From the UHGV virus genome UHGV-0148166: a stretch of 39,519 bases of DNA. The stretch is one strand, 5' to 3'. How positions within the stretch are numbered: the stretch's first letter is position 1; each line of letters starts with the position of its first letter. Both the position numbers and the translations under genes were made by a program. Of this stretch, positions 25,950-34,591 are shown piece by piece. Below the pieces are notes generated by a model. That model was not told the origin of the DNA. It saw only the letters and a list, made by a program, of their open reading frames with translations, and did not search any database. The DNA is from a virus.

Positions 25950-27757
25950 AAAAAGATGTTTTAAATTTTATTTCAAATAAAGATAAAGAATTAAATACAG
26001 AAAACGCCAACAAAGATTCTCGCGTCTTTCCAACAAAAAGAGATTTAATGGCCGGTATTGTTTCTAAACATATCGCTTGTCGTATTCTTCCAAGTCATAT
26101 TGTAAATGCCCATAATGTTGGATTAATTCATTTTCATGATTTAGATTACAGTATATCATTGCCTTTTACTAATTGCTGTTTAGTAGATTTAAAAGGAATG
26201 CTTGAGAACGGGTTTAAGCTCGGTAATGCACAGATTGAAACTCCTAAATCAATCGGTGTTGCTACTGCGATTATGGCACAAATTACTGCGCAAGTTGCTT
26301 CCCATCAATATGGCGGAACGACTTTTGCTAATGTAGATAAAGTACTTTCTCCTTATGTTAAACGCACCTATGCAAAACATATCGAAGACGCAGAAAAATG
26401 GCAAATCGCCGATGCGTTAAATTATGCTCAATCTAAAACAGAAAAAGACGTATACGATGCATTCCAAGCTTATGAATATGAAGTAAATACTCTCTTTAGT
26501 TCAAACGGACAGACTCCTTTTGTAACAATTACATTTGGTACAGGAACTGACTGGACTGAACGAATGATTCAGAAAGCAATTCTGAAAAATCGTATTAAAG
26601 GTCTTGGTCGTGATGGGATAACTCCTATTTTCCCTAAGCTTGTTATGTTTGTTGAAGAAGGTGTTAATCTTTATAAAGACGATCCGAACTATGATATTAA
26701 GCAGCTTGCTCTAGAGTGTGCAAGCAAAAGAATGTATCCTGATATTATTTCAGCTAAGAACAATAAAGCTATCACTGGTTCATCTGTTCCTGTTTCTCCA
26801 ATGGGTTGCCGTAGTTTCTTGAGCGTATGGAAAGATTCGACTGGTAATGAAATTCTTGATGGACGTAATAATCTTGGTGTTGTAACACTGAATCTTCCTC
26901 GCATCGCGTTAGATTCTTATATTGGAACACAGTTCAATGAACAGAAATTTGTTGAATTATTCAATGAACGAATGGATTTATGTTTTGAAGCTTTGATGTG
27001 TAGAATTAGTTCCTTAAAAGGAGTTAAAGCGACTGTTGCTCCTATTCTTTACCAAGAAGGTGCATTCGGGGTTCGTCTTAAACCTGATGACGATATAATT
27101 GAGTTATTTAAAAATGGTAGAAGTTCAGTGTCCCTAGGATACATTGGTATTCACGAATTGAATATTCTTGTCGGTCGTGATATTGGACGAGAAATTTTAA
27201 CTAAAATGAATGCTCATCTTAAACAGTGGACTGAAAGAACCGGATTTGCTTTTAGTTTATATTCTACTCCTGCTGAAAATCTTTGTTATCGCTTCTGTAA
27301 ACTCGATACAGAAAAATATGGAAGTGTAAAAGATGTTACCGATAAAGGTTGGTACACTAATAGTTTCCACGTTTCAGTAGAAGAAAATATTACTCCGTTT
27401 GAAAAGATTTCTCGTGAAGCGCCATATCATTTCATTGCGACAGGTGGTCACATTTCTTATGTTGAACTTCCTGATATGAAAAATAACCTAAAAGGTCTTG
27501 AGGCCGTATGGGATTATGCTGCACAACATTTAGATTATTTTGGTGTTAATATGCCAGTAGATAAATGTTTTACATGTGGAAGTACCCATGAAATGACTCC
27601 TACTGAAAACGGATTTGTTTGTTCTATTTGTGGAGAAACTGATCCTAAAAAGATGAATACCATAAGAAGAACATGCGGCTATCTTGGAACTCCTAGCGTT
27701 GTTCCATGGAATTTAGGTAAAATGAAAGAAATGGTAAAACGAGTAAAACATGCATAG
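25940..27757 (+). CDS. nrdD: Anaerobic ribonucleoside-triphosphate reductase NrdD (intron-less)
   Basis: 605 aa continuous ORF; C-terminal Zn ribbon CFTCGS...CSICG and glycyl-radical motif RRTCGYLG. Confidence 0.95.
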   Translation: MSLEKDVLNFISNKDKELNTENANKDSRVFPTKRDLMAGIVSKHIACRILPSHIVNAHNVGLIHFHDLDYSISLPFTNCCLVDLKGMLENGFKLGNAQIETPKSIGVATAIMAQITAQVASHQYGGTTFANVDKVLSPYVKRTYAKHIEDAEKWQIADALNYAQSKTEKDVYDAFQAYEYEVNTLFSSNGQTPFVTITFGTGTDWTERMIQKAILKNRIKGLGRDGITPIFPKLVMFVEEGVNLYKDDPNYDIKQLALECASKRMYPDIISAKNNKAITGSSVPVSPMGCRSFLSVWKDSTGNEILDGRNNLGVVTLNLPRIALDSYIGTQFNEQKFVELFNERMDLCFEALMCRISSLKGVKATVAPILYQEGAFGVRLKPDDDIIELFKNGRSSVSLGYIGIHELNILVGRDIGREILTKMNAHLKQWTERTGFAFSLYSTPAENLCYRFCKLDTEKYGSVKDVTDKGWYTNSFHVSVEENITPFEKISREAPYHFIATGGHISYVELPDMKNNLKGLEAVWDYAAQHLDYFGVNMPVDKCFTCGSTHEMTPTENGFVCSICGETDPKKMNTIRRTCGYLGTPSVVPWNLGKMKEMVKRVKHA

Positions 27758-27769
27758 GGTTAAACACCA

Positions 27770-28402
27770 ATGAATTATGACAGAATCTATTCAAATCTAG
27801 TTAATTCTGCTGAACACCCATCTAAGCCCCGTCAAACTAAAGCCGGGTATGAACTTCATCATATAATTCCAAGAAGCATGGGTGGTCCAGATGATTTAGA
27901 CAACTTAGTATTTTTAACTTATAAGGCCCACTATACTGCTCACCATTTATTGGCTAAAATATATGGTGGAAAGATGTATGATGCATATTGGATAATGAGT
28001 AATAGTAAGCATAGAAAAGTTACTTCTTCACAATACGCGTATGCAAAAGCTAAGAAATTTGAAAATCAGCGTGGCGCAAAAAGAAGCGATAAAACTAAGA
28101 AGCTAATGAGCATAGCTAGGTCTAAAGTAACTCTTCCTGATGATTTTGGAAAAAGGATATCTGATGGGCTAACAGGAAGAACTTTGTCTACTAGTCATAA
28201 AGAGCATATCAAAAATAGTTCTAGAAATCGCTTTAACACCAAAACGGTTATTGGCTATTCACCAGACGGAAATACAATAGAACTAACTGGAGCAACTGAA
28301 ATAAGAAATGCAGGATTTTTTCATTCTGCTGTTTATAAATGTTGCAAAGGAATTCAATCTATTCATAAGGGATATACTTGGAAATATAAAGATGAATTAT
28401 GA
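27770..28402 (+). CDS. HNH homing endonuclease (Mob-like, 210 aa)
   Basis: HNH motif ELHHIIPRSMGG...DNLVFLT..AHYTAHH; NUMOD-like repeats; first 7 codons MNYDRIY duplicate the nrdG start. Confidence 0.75.
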   Translation: MNYDRIYSNLVNSAEHPSKPRQTKAGYELHHIIPRSMGGPDDLDNLVFLTYKAHYTAHHLLAKIYGGKMYDAYWIMSNSKHRKVTSSQYAYAKAKKFENQRGAKRSDKTKKLMSIARSKVTLPDDFGKRISDGLTGRTLSTSHKEHIKNSSRNRFNTKTVIGYSPDGNTIELTGATEIRNAGFFHSAVYKCCKGIQSIHKGYTWKYKDEL

Positions 28403-28862
28403 TAGAATATACCCGTGCTGCTTTGTTAATGGTCCTGGATGCAGGGTCGTTCTCTTCGTCACTGGATGTTTGCATAAATGCGAAGGTTGTTATAATCGTA
28501 GTACTTGGAATGCTCGTAACGGACAGTTATTCACTATGAATACCGTTAAAGAACTTGCGTCCCATTTAAGCAAATCGTATATCCAAGGCCTTACCTTAAC
28601 CGGTGGTGACCCACTTTATCCACAGAACCGAGAAGAGATTTCAAATTTAGTTTCTTGGGTTAAAGCAAGATTTCCGGAGAAAGATATCTGGTTGTGGACA
28701 GGATATAAGTTTGAAGATATTAAACAACTAGAAATGCTTAAATATGTTGATGTTATTATTGATGGGAAGTATGAGAAAAATCTTCCGACTAAAAAGCTGT
28801 GGCGAGGATCAGATAATCAGCGGCTTTGGTCAAATACCGATGGGGTGTGGAAACATGATTAA
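28392..28862 (+). CDS. nrdG: Anaerobic RNR activating enzyme NrdG (radical SAM)
   Basis: 156 aa from ATG 28392; Cys cluster CLHKCEGC; the track's longer ORF is an upstream extension. Confidence 0.9.
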   Translation: MNYDRIYPCCFVNGPGCRVVLFVTGCLHKCEGCYNRSTWNARNGQLFTMNTVKELASHLSKSYIQGLTLTGGDPLYPQNREEISNLVSWVKARFPEKDIWLWTGYKFEDIKQLEMLKYVDVIIDGKYEKNLPTKKLWRGSDNQRLWSNTDGVWKHD

Positions 28863-28980
28863 ATTGAATTATATTATGGATACTATAAATGATATGATTT
28901 TTCATTTTGGTCCAGAATTTTATTCCCAATATAGTTTAGTGCTTATCAACGCTTGGTTAATCAATTAAAGGTAAATGTAA

Positions 28981-29196
28981 ATGTATAAATTTCGTAAAGG
29001 TTTAGCTGATTTTCTTACAACTGTAACATTCTTTCTGTTTATGGCAGTTGGAGCTATTTTCCTTATTCCTTTTATTGCTATATTTTTCGTGATTAGTTTT
29101 ATTTCTCCAGAAAAGGGCTTATCTTCTAGTGAGTTCAATGAACGTCTGGATAAAATTACTAATAAGTTGAATGCTGTTCTTGATAAAAAGGCTTAA
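28981..29196 (+). CDS. Small membrane protein (71 aa)
   Basis: One long hydrophobic segment. Confidence 0.5.
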   Translation: MYKFRKGLADFLTTVTFFLFMAVGAIFLIPFIAIFFVISFISPEKGLSSSEFNERLDKITNKLNAVLDKKA

Positions 29197-29198
29197 TT

Positions 29199-29510
29199 AT
29201 GATTAGTTTTGAGCGGTATGTAGTAGAGAGTTGGAATGGTTTTGATATGTTCGGTAATGACTATTATTTCTATGAATGTAGTCTGAACCCAAGCTTCTGG
29301 GCTGGACGTGAACAAGACCTCGAAGAAATCAACGCTCGTGCCGATTTGTTAGGTGAACTGCCTACTACTTATTTCACCTTTGATGAATCCGGCTTCGTTA
29401 TCCAGGTTTATTTTCCTGAAGAAAACTCTGGTGAGGATTCTGTTAACCCGCCATACTGGGCTTATCAAGGAATTATTTCTCGTGGAACAAAACTCGAACT
29501 TAAAGAATAA
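29199..29510 (+). CDS. Hypothetical acidic protein (103 aa)
   Basis: ORF with RBS. Confidence 0.5.
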   Translation: MISFERYVVESWNGFDMFGNDYYFYECSLNPSFWAGREQDLEEINARADLLGELPTTYFTFDESGFVIQVYFPEENSGEDSVNPPYWAYQGIISRGTKLELKE

Positions 29511-29805
29511 GATTGAAATCTATGGCATCCCCGAAGAAGTAGGTCGTTGTCCTGGATGTCAATCAGTTACAAAACTTCTAAAGGAGCTCAATGCTCCTTT
29601 TACTTTCTATAAAGTTCTTACAAATAATGGTAAGATTGAGTATGATCGTCCACTGATTGTATCTCTTGCTAAACGCGCTGGATTCACATCTCTTAACATT
29701 CGTTATCCAGTCATTTTCATTAATGATTCTAGACAAAAGAACATTAAACACTTCAAAGAAACTCTCATTTCACTTGGATATGATAGAGATATCATAGAAG
29801 ACTAA
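29482..29805 (+). CDS. Glutaredoxin-like protein (NrdH-like?) with uncertain, non-ATG start
   Basis: IEIYGIPEEVGRCPGCQS thioredoxin-fold start with CPGC; no in-frame ATG near domain start; GTG 29482 or ATT 29512 possible. Confidence 0.45.
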   Translation: MEQNSNLKNKIEIYGIPEEVGRCPGCQSVTKLLKELNAPFTFYKVLTNNGKIEYDRPLIVSLAKRAGFTSLNIRYPVIFINDSRQKNIKHFKETLISLGYDRDIIED

Positions 29806-29809
29806 GACG

Positions 29810-29829
29810 GGCCCTCTGGGCCTTTCTTT
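29810..29829 (+). terminator. Hairpin terminator candidate
   Basis: GGCCC-TCT-GGGCC followed by T-rich run. Confidence 0.45.
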
Positions 29830-29904
29830 CTCACATTCTGTATATTACCATTCTAAGTTATCGTTCCTTTCTTATCATTCCCTAAAATATTTTTCACAAA
29901 GTTG

Positions 29905-29933
29905 TTTACAACAAGTTCAAACCGTGGTATTAT
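29905..29933 (+). promoter_or_regulatory. T4-type early promoter
   Basis: UP tract, -35 TTTACA, 17-bp spacer, TGG-TATTAT. Confidence 0.6.
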
Positions 29934-29963
29934 TAACATATGAATTGCCTTTGAGGAATTGAT

Positions 29964-30146
29964 ATGGTTATGATTGATAAAGAAATTAAAAAGGGACAGT
30001 ATTATCTTATTAATGGTAATGCTGTTCGCGTTACTTACGTAAATGGTTATGATGTTTATTATCTTATACTTAAGTTACATAAACACATGATTTGCGATCG
30101 TGCTGCATTTAGTTCAGTTGCTAAGGAAATTAAACTCCATGGGTAA
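29964..30146 (+). CDS. Hypothetical small protein (60 aa)
   Basis: GAGGAA RBS. Confidence 0.5.
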   Translation: MVMIDKEIKKGQYYLINGNAVRVTYVNGYDVYYLILKLHKHMICDRAAFSSVAKEIKLHG

Positions 30147-30432
30147 AACGTATCGTCGTAAAGACTTAAAAGTGCGTGATTATGACTATTTCGGAAAGCG
30201 TAAAGCTCCTGATGGTGTAAGTCATAAAGATATGGTTGAAAACATTTTTCGCTCAGATAAATGGCGACGTATGCGAGGTGTTGATTCAGAGGTTAAGAAT
30301 GAATTGAATCGTCAATTACGTGGTGAAGTAAGAAAGTTGAAAAAATCAGTTTACATTGACGATGATTTTGATTATAATATTTCTCAACGAGTTGCTAAAC
30401 GTAAATCAAACGAGCGCTATCGTTACAGCTGA
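30139..30432 (+). CDS. Highly basic small protein (97 aa), possible nucleic-acid binder
   Basis: Arg/Lys-rich; ATG overlapping upstream stop. Confidence 0.5.
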   Translation: MGKTYRRKDLKVRDYDYFGKRKAPDGVSHKDMVENIFRSDKWRRMRGVDSEVKNELNRQLRGEVRKLKKSVYIDDDFDYNISQRVAKRKSNERYRYS

Positions 30433-30439
30433 GGAAAAT

Positions 30440-30571
30440 ATGAATATCAAACGAATGCTTTTTAAGCAAGGGCTATATACTTTAAATGTTACTCCAAAAG
30501 GTGATACAACTAAGTGGTCAGTAAATGACTGGATTAAATTTATTGATGAAAATGGCAATTGGGAAATTTAA
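30440..30571 (+). CDS. Hypothetical small protein (43 aa)
   Basis: GAGGAAAATATG. Confidence 0.4.
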   Translation: MNIKRMLFKQGLYTLNVTPKGDTTKWSVNDWIKFIDENGNWEI

Positions 30572-30772
30572 ATGAATCCTGAATCTAAATTATCGCAGCG
30601 AATTGCCGAAGCTCGTCGTCAGTTCTTTGAAAATATGATAGCCCAAGGTATTGATGACGAAGTTTTTCTGAACTGGTTTTGGAATCACAAATATTCAAGC
30701 TGTTCAGGGGCAATATTAATATCAGTCGCAATGATGTACGAAGGCTGGAAGGGTGCCAAAAAGTTTAGCTAA
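30572..30772 (+). CDS. Hypothetical small protein (66 aa)
   Basis: ORF followed by terminator. Confidence 0.5.
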   Translation: MNPESKLSQRIAEARRQFFENMIAQGIDDEVFLNWFWNHKYSSCSGAILISVAMMYEGWKGAKKFS

Positions 30773-30789
30773 GGGCTTCGGCCCTTTTT
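30772..30789 (+). terminator. Rho-independent terminator (UUCG tetraloop)
   Basis: AGGGC-TTCG-GCCCT followed by TTTT. Confidence 0.75.
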
Positions 30790-30824
30790 GGATAATAAAA
30801 TTTTAACGTAATTGAGGATAATGT

Positions 30825-31151
30825 ATGACTATTCAAATTAAAAACGCCATCAATTCTTACGCATATGATAAAGTAGTTTCTTTGCTAGAAAAAGGCAATA
30901 TTGTAACTCCTCAAATTTTGGATAAATGGGAAAAAGAGCTTCATCAGACGATGAAACAGAATGATCAGAAGATTGGACGCAATACTGTCCGTGAATTGTT
31001 GGTTCAATATATCTTGTCAGAATTTGATGTTAAAGCTTTTGGTGTAGAATCTAAAGCTTATCAAAAGCATGAAATTTCCGATAAAACTATTCGTCGCATG
31101 AAAAATCAACGCAAGAAAAAATTTGCTGATCTGAAAATTGCTAAGGTATGA
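30825..31151 (+). CDS. Hypothetical protein (108 aa)
   Basis: GAGGATAATGT RBS. Confidence 0.55.
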   Translation: MTIQIKNAINSYAYDKVVSLLEKGNIVTPQILDKWEKELHQTMKQNDQKIGRNTVRELLVQYILSEFDVKAFGVESKAYQKHEISDKTIRRMKNQRKKKFADLKIAKV

Positions 31152-31369
31152 ATATGAACGAAGCTCTTATTAACGATTTACGTCTTGCTGGGTATGAAGT
31201 AAATACAAATGGCATTGGTTTAACTCAAATTGAAGGAAACGGATTCATCCTTGAGTATGAATTTAGCCAATGGTGGTTATATGCCAATTACGGCGAATTG
31301 ATTGAATATGTTGACCAATTTGATTCACTAGATGCAGCTCTTGAAGCGGCTAAGTTGATGAATGTATGA
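31148..31369 (+). CDS. Hypothetical small acidic protein (73 aa)
   Basis: ORF with overlap. Confidence 0.5.
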   Translation: MNMNEALINDLRLAGYEVNTNGIGLTQIEGNGFILEYEFSQWWLYANYGELIEYVDQFDSLDAALEAAKLMNV

Positions 31370-31635
31370 AATTTATTAATATTTCTATTACTATTGAAAA
31401 TTATGGCATTTTCTATGTTGACCAATACATGAAAATTTCATTTTTCCCAAATAAGACTGGTGTTGGATATTGGGAAAGCCATGTTTCTGAATTAACTGGA
31501 AGTAAATATTCTAATACCCATAAAAAGTTTTTAGACTTTTTATATCGCGCTGATATTAATGATCATTACATAGATATTCATGAATTTAAAAAGATGATGG
31601 AGAAAGTGTTCCAAGCATACTGCTTACTTAGATAA
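31366..31635 (+). CDS. Hypothetical protein (89 aa)
   Basis: ORF with ATGA overlap. Confidence 0.5.
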   Translation: MKFINISITIENYGIFYVDQYMKISFFPNKTGVGYWESHVSELTGSKYSNTHKKFLDFLYRADINDHYIDIHEFKKMMEKVFQAYCLLR

Positions 31636-31713
31636 CTGATATCCTCTATGCTTTAAGATAGATCTTCAAATATTATGATATAATAGATCTATGAATTGAG
31701 CTAAGAGGTGAAA

Positions 31714-32271
31714 ATGTCAGAAACTAAGCCTAAATATAATTACGTAAACAATAAAGAGCTTTTACAAGCTATTATTGATTGGAAAACAGAATTAGCAAAT
31801 AATAAAGACCCAAATAAAGTAGTTCGTCAGAATGATACTATCGGATTAGCCATTATGCTTATTGCAGAAGGCTTATCTAAACGTTTCAACTTTTCAGGAT
31901 ACACCCAGTCTTGGAAACAAGAAATGATTGCAGATGGTATAGAAGCTTCTATTAAGGGGCTTCACAATTTTGATGAAACGAAATATAAAAACCCACATGC
32001 GTATATAACTCAAGCTTGTTTTAATGCATTCGTCCAACGTATTAAAAAAGAACGTAAGGAAGTTGCAAAGAAATACAGTTACTTCGTTCACAATGTCTAT
32101 GACAGTCGTGACGACGATATGGTTGCGTTAGTAGATGAAACTTTTATTCAAGACATCTACGATAAAATGACGCATTACGAAGAATCAACCTATAGAACAC
32201 CGGGGGCTGAAAAGAAAAGTGTTGTAGACGATTCTCCTAGTTTGGATTTTTTATATGAGGCTAACGATTAA
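31714..32271 (+). CDS. 55: Late-transcription sigma factor gp55
   Basis: 185 aa from ATG 31714 (AAGAGG RBS); sequence matches T4 gp55 as recalled. Confidence 0.93.
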
Positions 32272-32473
32272 CCTCTCCGGATTCTTGGAAGAAATACCTG
32301 AAGTTGAAGCTATTCCCTATTTACTTAAAATGTATCTCAGGGAAGTTTTAGCTCTTGACATTGATATTGATCCAGAAAATCCGTATGATACCGCTTTTAA
32401 ATCTAATGGTGTAGAATTAAACTATCGGTATCATTTAACAGATGATGATTTTTATTTTATATTAGAGAAATAA
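32255..32473 (+). CDS. Hypothetical small acidic protein (72 aa)
   Basis: ORF overlapping gene 55 end. Confidence 0.45.
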
Positions 32474-32474
32474 T

Positions 32475-32792
32475 ATGACTGATAAACCCGAAATTAATAA
32501 TGAAGTGGAAAAGCTTATTTCTTCTATTGAAGAAAAGAACCGTCTTGAAGCAGAAAGAAAAGCAAATAAGTTATTGTCTAAAAACAAACGCGAACTGAAT
32601 CGTCTTTATAAGCACGCTCAGATCGCAGCTGAAAACAATAATTTTGCTCAATACGAATATGCTATCAAGAAAAGTCGGGATATTCTAAAACAGCCATATA
32701 ACGATGAACTCATCAGTATTCTTTGGAAGACTACTAGATCGCAAATTGAGGATATGATTGATGCTTACACACGTAAAATTCAAGCGTCTTAA
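32475..32792 (+). CDS. Hypothetical helical protein (105 aa)
   Basis: GAGAAATAAT RBS. Confidence 0.55.
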   Translation: MTDKPEINNEVEKLISSIEEKNRLEAERKANKLLSKNKRELNRLYKHAQIAAENNNFAQYEYAIKKSRDILKQPYNDELISILWKTTRSQIEDMIDAYTRKIQAS

Positions 32793-32967
32793 AATTAATG
32801 CAGGATTTACTGAATCTTTGAATGGTCATCTTTGTGTGAAAATTTCTGAAAAAGAATACCATGATAGTTCAATTAAAGAAGTTAATCCTCCTATTGTAAG
32901 AGCAGACCCCAATATGAAAGTGTGGGTTGATTCTTATCAAGTCAAAAAATGGTGGCAACTGTGAAAG

Positions 32968-33141
32968 ATGAACACCCAGACTTCTGAAATAGATTATAAT
33001 AAAATTCGTTCCTCTAAAGTAGAAATGATGAGACGCTTTAAAGAGTCTCATGATAAAGCTAAAGCAGAAGGAACTATAAAATATAAGCGCATAAAATTTA
33101 AAAGTTCTAACGAGCCTCTGTATGGTGTATTATGTGGATAG
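32968..33141 (+). CDS. Hypothetical small basic protein (57 aa)
   Basis: Hand-translated; weak RBS; ends in terminator hairpin. Confidence 0.3.
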   Translation: MNTQTSEIDYNKIRSSKVEMMRRFKESHDKAKAEGTIKYKRIKFKSSNEPLYGVLCG

Positions 33142-33157
33142 GAGCTTCGGCTCCTAT
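33138..33157 (+). terminator. UUCG-tetraloop hairpin terminator
   Basis: ATAGGAGC-TTCG-GCTCCTAT. Confidence 0.6.
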
Positions 33158-33208
33158 ATTGCTTTATAAATTTTTGGTAAAATAAACCAAAACAATGGGG
33201 GATATTAA

Positions 33209-34411
33209 ATGAAAGTATGTATTTTTATGGCTCGAGGTCTTGAAGGTTGCGGTGTAACTAAATTTTCTCTTGAGCAGCGTGATTGGTTTATTAAAAATGG
33301 TCATGAAGTAACTTTGGTTTATGCTAAAGATAAATCATTTACTCGTAATTGTGCGCATGATTATAAATCATTTTCAATTCCGGTTTTATTAGCAAAAGAA
33401 TACGATAAAACACTTAAGCTGGTAAATGATTGTGATATTCTAATTATCAATTCAGTTCCTGCTACTTCGGTTGAAGAAGACACTATTAATAACTATAAAA
33501 AAATTATTGATAACATTAAACCTTCTGTTCGTGTTGTAGTTTATCAACATGACCATTCTTCTCTTTCTTTGCGTCGAAATTTGGGATTAGAAGAAACTGT
33601 TCGTCGAGCTGATGTTATTTTTAGCCATTCTGATAATGGTGATTTTAATAAAGTTCTGATGAAAGAATGGTATCCTGAAACAGTTTCTTTGTTTGATGAT
33701 ATTGAAGAAGCACCTACAGTATATAATTTTCAGCCTCCTATGGATATTGCGAAGGTTCGATCAACCTACTGGAAAGATGTTTCTGAAATTAACATGAATA
33801 TCAACCGTTGGATTGGTCGTACGACTACATGGAAAGGTTTTTACCAGATGTTTGATTTTCACGAAAAACATCTTAAACCTGCAGGACTAAGTACTATTAT
33901 GGAAGGTCTGGAACGTTCTCCAGCGTTCATTCCTATTAAAGAAAAAGGAATTCCATATGAGTATTATCGTCTTCATCAAGTAGACCAAATTAAAATTGCT
34001 CCTAATTTGCCAACGCAAATTCTTGACCGTTATGTAAATAGCGAAATGCTTGAACGCATGAGTAAATCCGGATTTGGTTATCAGTTGAGTAAGTTGGACA
34101 AAAAATATCTACAACGTTCTTTAGAATATACTCATCTCGAGCTTGGTGCATGTGGAACAATTCCGGTATTTTGGAAATCTACTGGCGAAAATTTAAAATT
34201 CCGTGTTGATAATACTCCTTTGACCTCGCATGATAGCGGTATCATTTGGTTTGATGAAAATGATATGGAATCAACGTTTGAACGTATTAAAGAACTGTCA
34301 TCTGACCGAGCTCTTTATGACCGTGAGCGAGAAAAAGCATATGAATTTTTGTATCAGCATCAAGATTCAAGCTTCTGCTTTAAAGAACAGTTTGACATTA
34401 TTACAAAATAA
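33209..34411 (+). CDS. agt: DNA alpha-glucosyltransferase
   Basis: 400 aa; N-terminus MKVCIFMARGLEGCGVTKF and length match T4 alpha-gt as recalled. Confidence 0.85.
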   Translation: MKVCIFMARGLEGCGVTKFSLEQRDWFIKNGHEVTLVYAKDKSFTRNCAHDYKSFSIPVLLAKEYDKTLKLVNDCDILIINSVPATSVEEDTINNYKKIIDNIKPSVRVVVYQHDHSSLSLRRNLGLEETVRRADVIFSHSDNGDFNKVLMKEWYPETVSLFDDIEEAPTVYNFQPPMDIAKVRSTYWKDVSEINMNINRWIGRTTTWKGFYQMFDFHEKHLKPAGLSTIMEGLERSPAFIPIKEKGIPYEYYRLHQVDQIKIAPNLPTQILDRYVNSEMLERMSKSGFGYQLSKLDKKYLQRSLEYTHLELGACGTIPVFWKSTGENLKFRVDNTPLTSHDSGIIWFDENDMESTFERIKELSSDRALYDREREKAYEFLYQHQDSSFCFKEQFDIITK

Positions 34412-34435
34412 AGGGCTTCGGCCCTTTAGCTTTAT
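34411..34435 (+). terminator. UUCG-tetraloop hairpin terminator
   Basis: AAGGGC-TTCG-GCCCTT directly after stop. Confidence 0.6.
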
Positions 34436-34450
34436 ACGGAGTTTGATATA

Positions 34451-34591
34451 ATGATATTTCTTGGATATGTGATACTTTTTCTTGCATTTTATCTATTCAC
34501 TAGAGCATGCTGGATTGGTTTCTTTAGCACACCAGATGGGTTTATTTCAATAATTTTATTTTGCATTTCAATGACGGTTCTTGATATATGA
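34451..34591 (+). CDS. Small hydrophobic membrane protein (46 aa; 47.1 position)
   Basis: GGAG RBS; hand-translated; ATGA overlap with gene 47. Confidence 0.45.
   Translation: MIFLGYVILFLAFYLFTRACWIGFFSTPDGFISIILFCISMTVLDI

Noticed and set aside
25940-27757. Group I intron in nrdD
   Set aside because: The ORF is continuous at the expected full length of 605 aa with both the Zn ribbon and the glycyl-radical motif; no intervening structured insert.
28308-28391. N-terminal extension of nrdG in track ORF 28308-28862
   Set aside because: Overlaps the HNH gene; nrdG starts at ATG 28392 (MNYDRIY), giving the expected length of about 156 aa.
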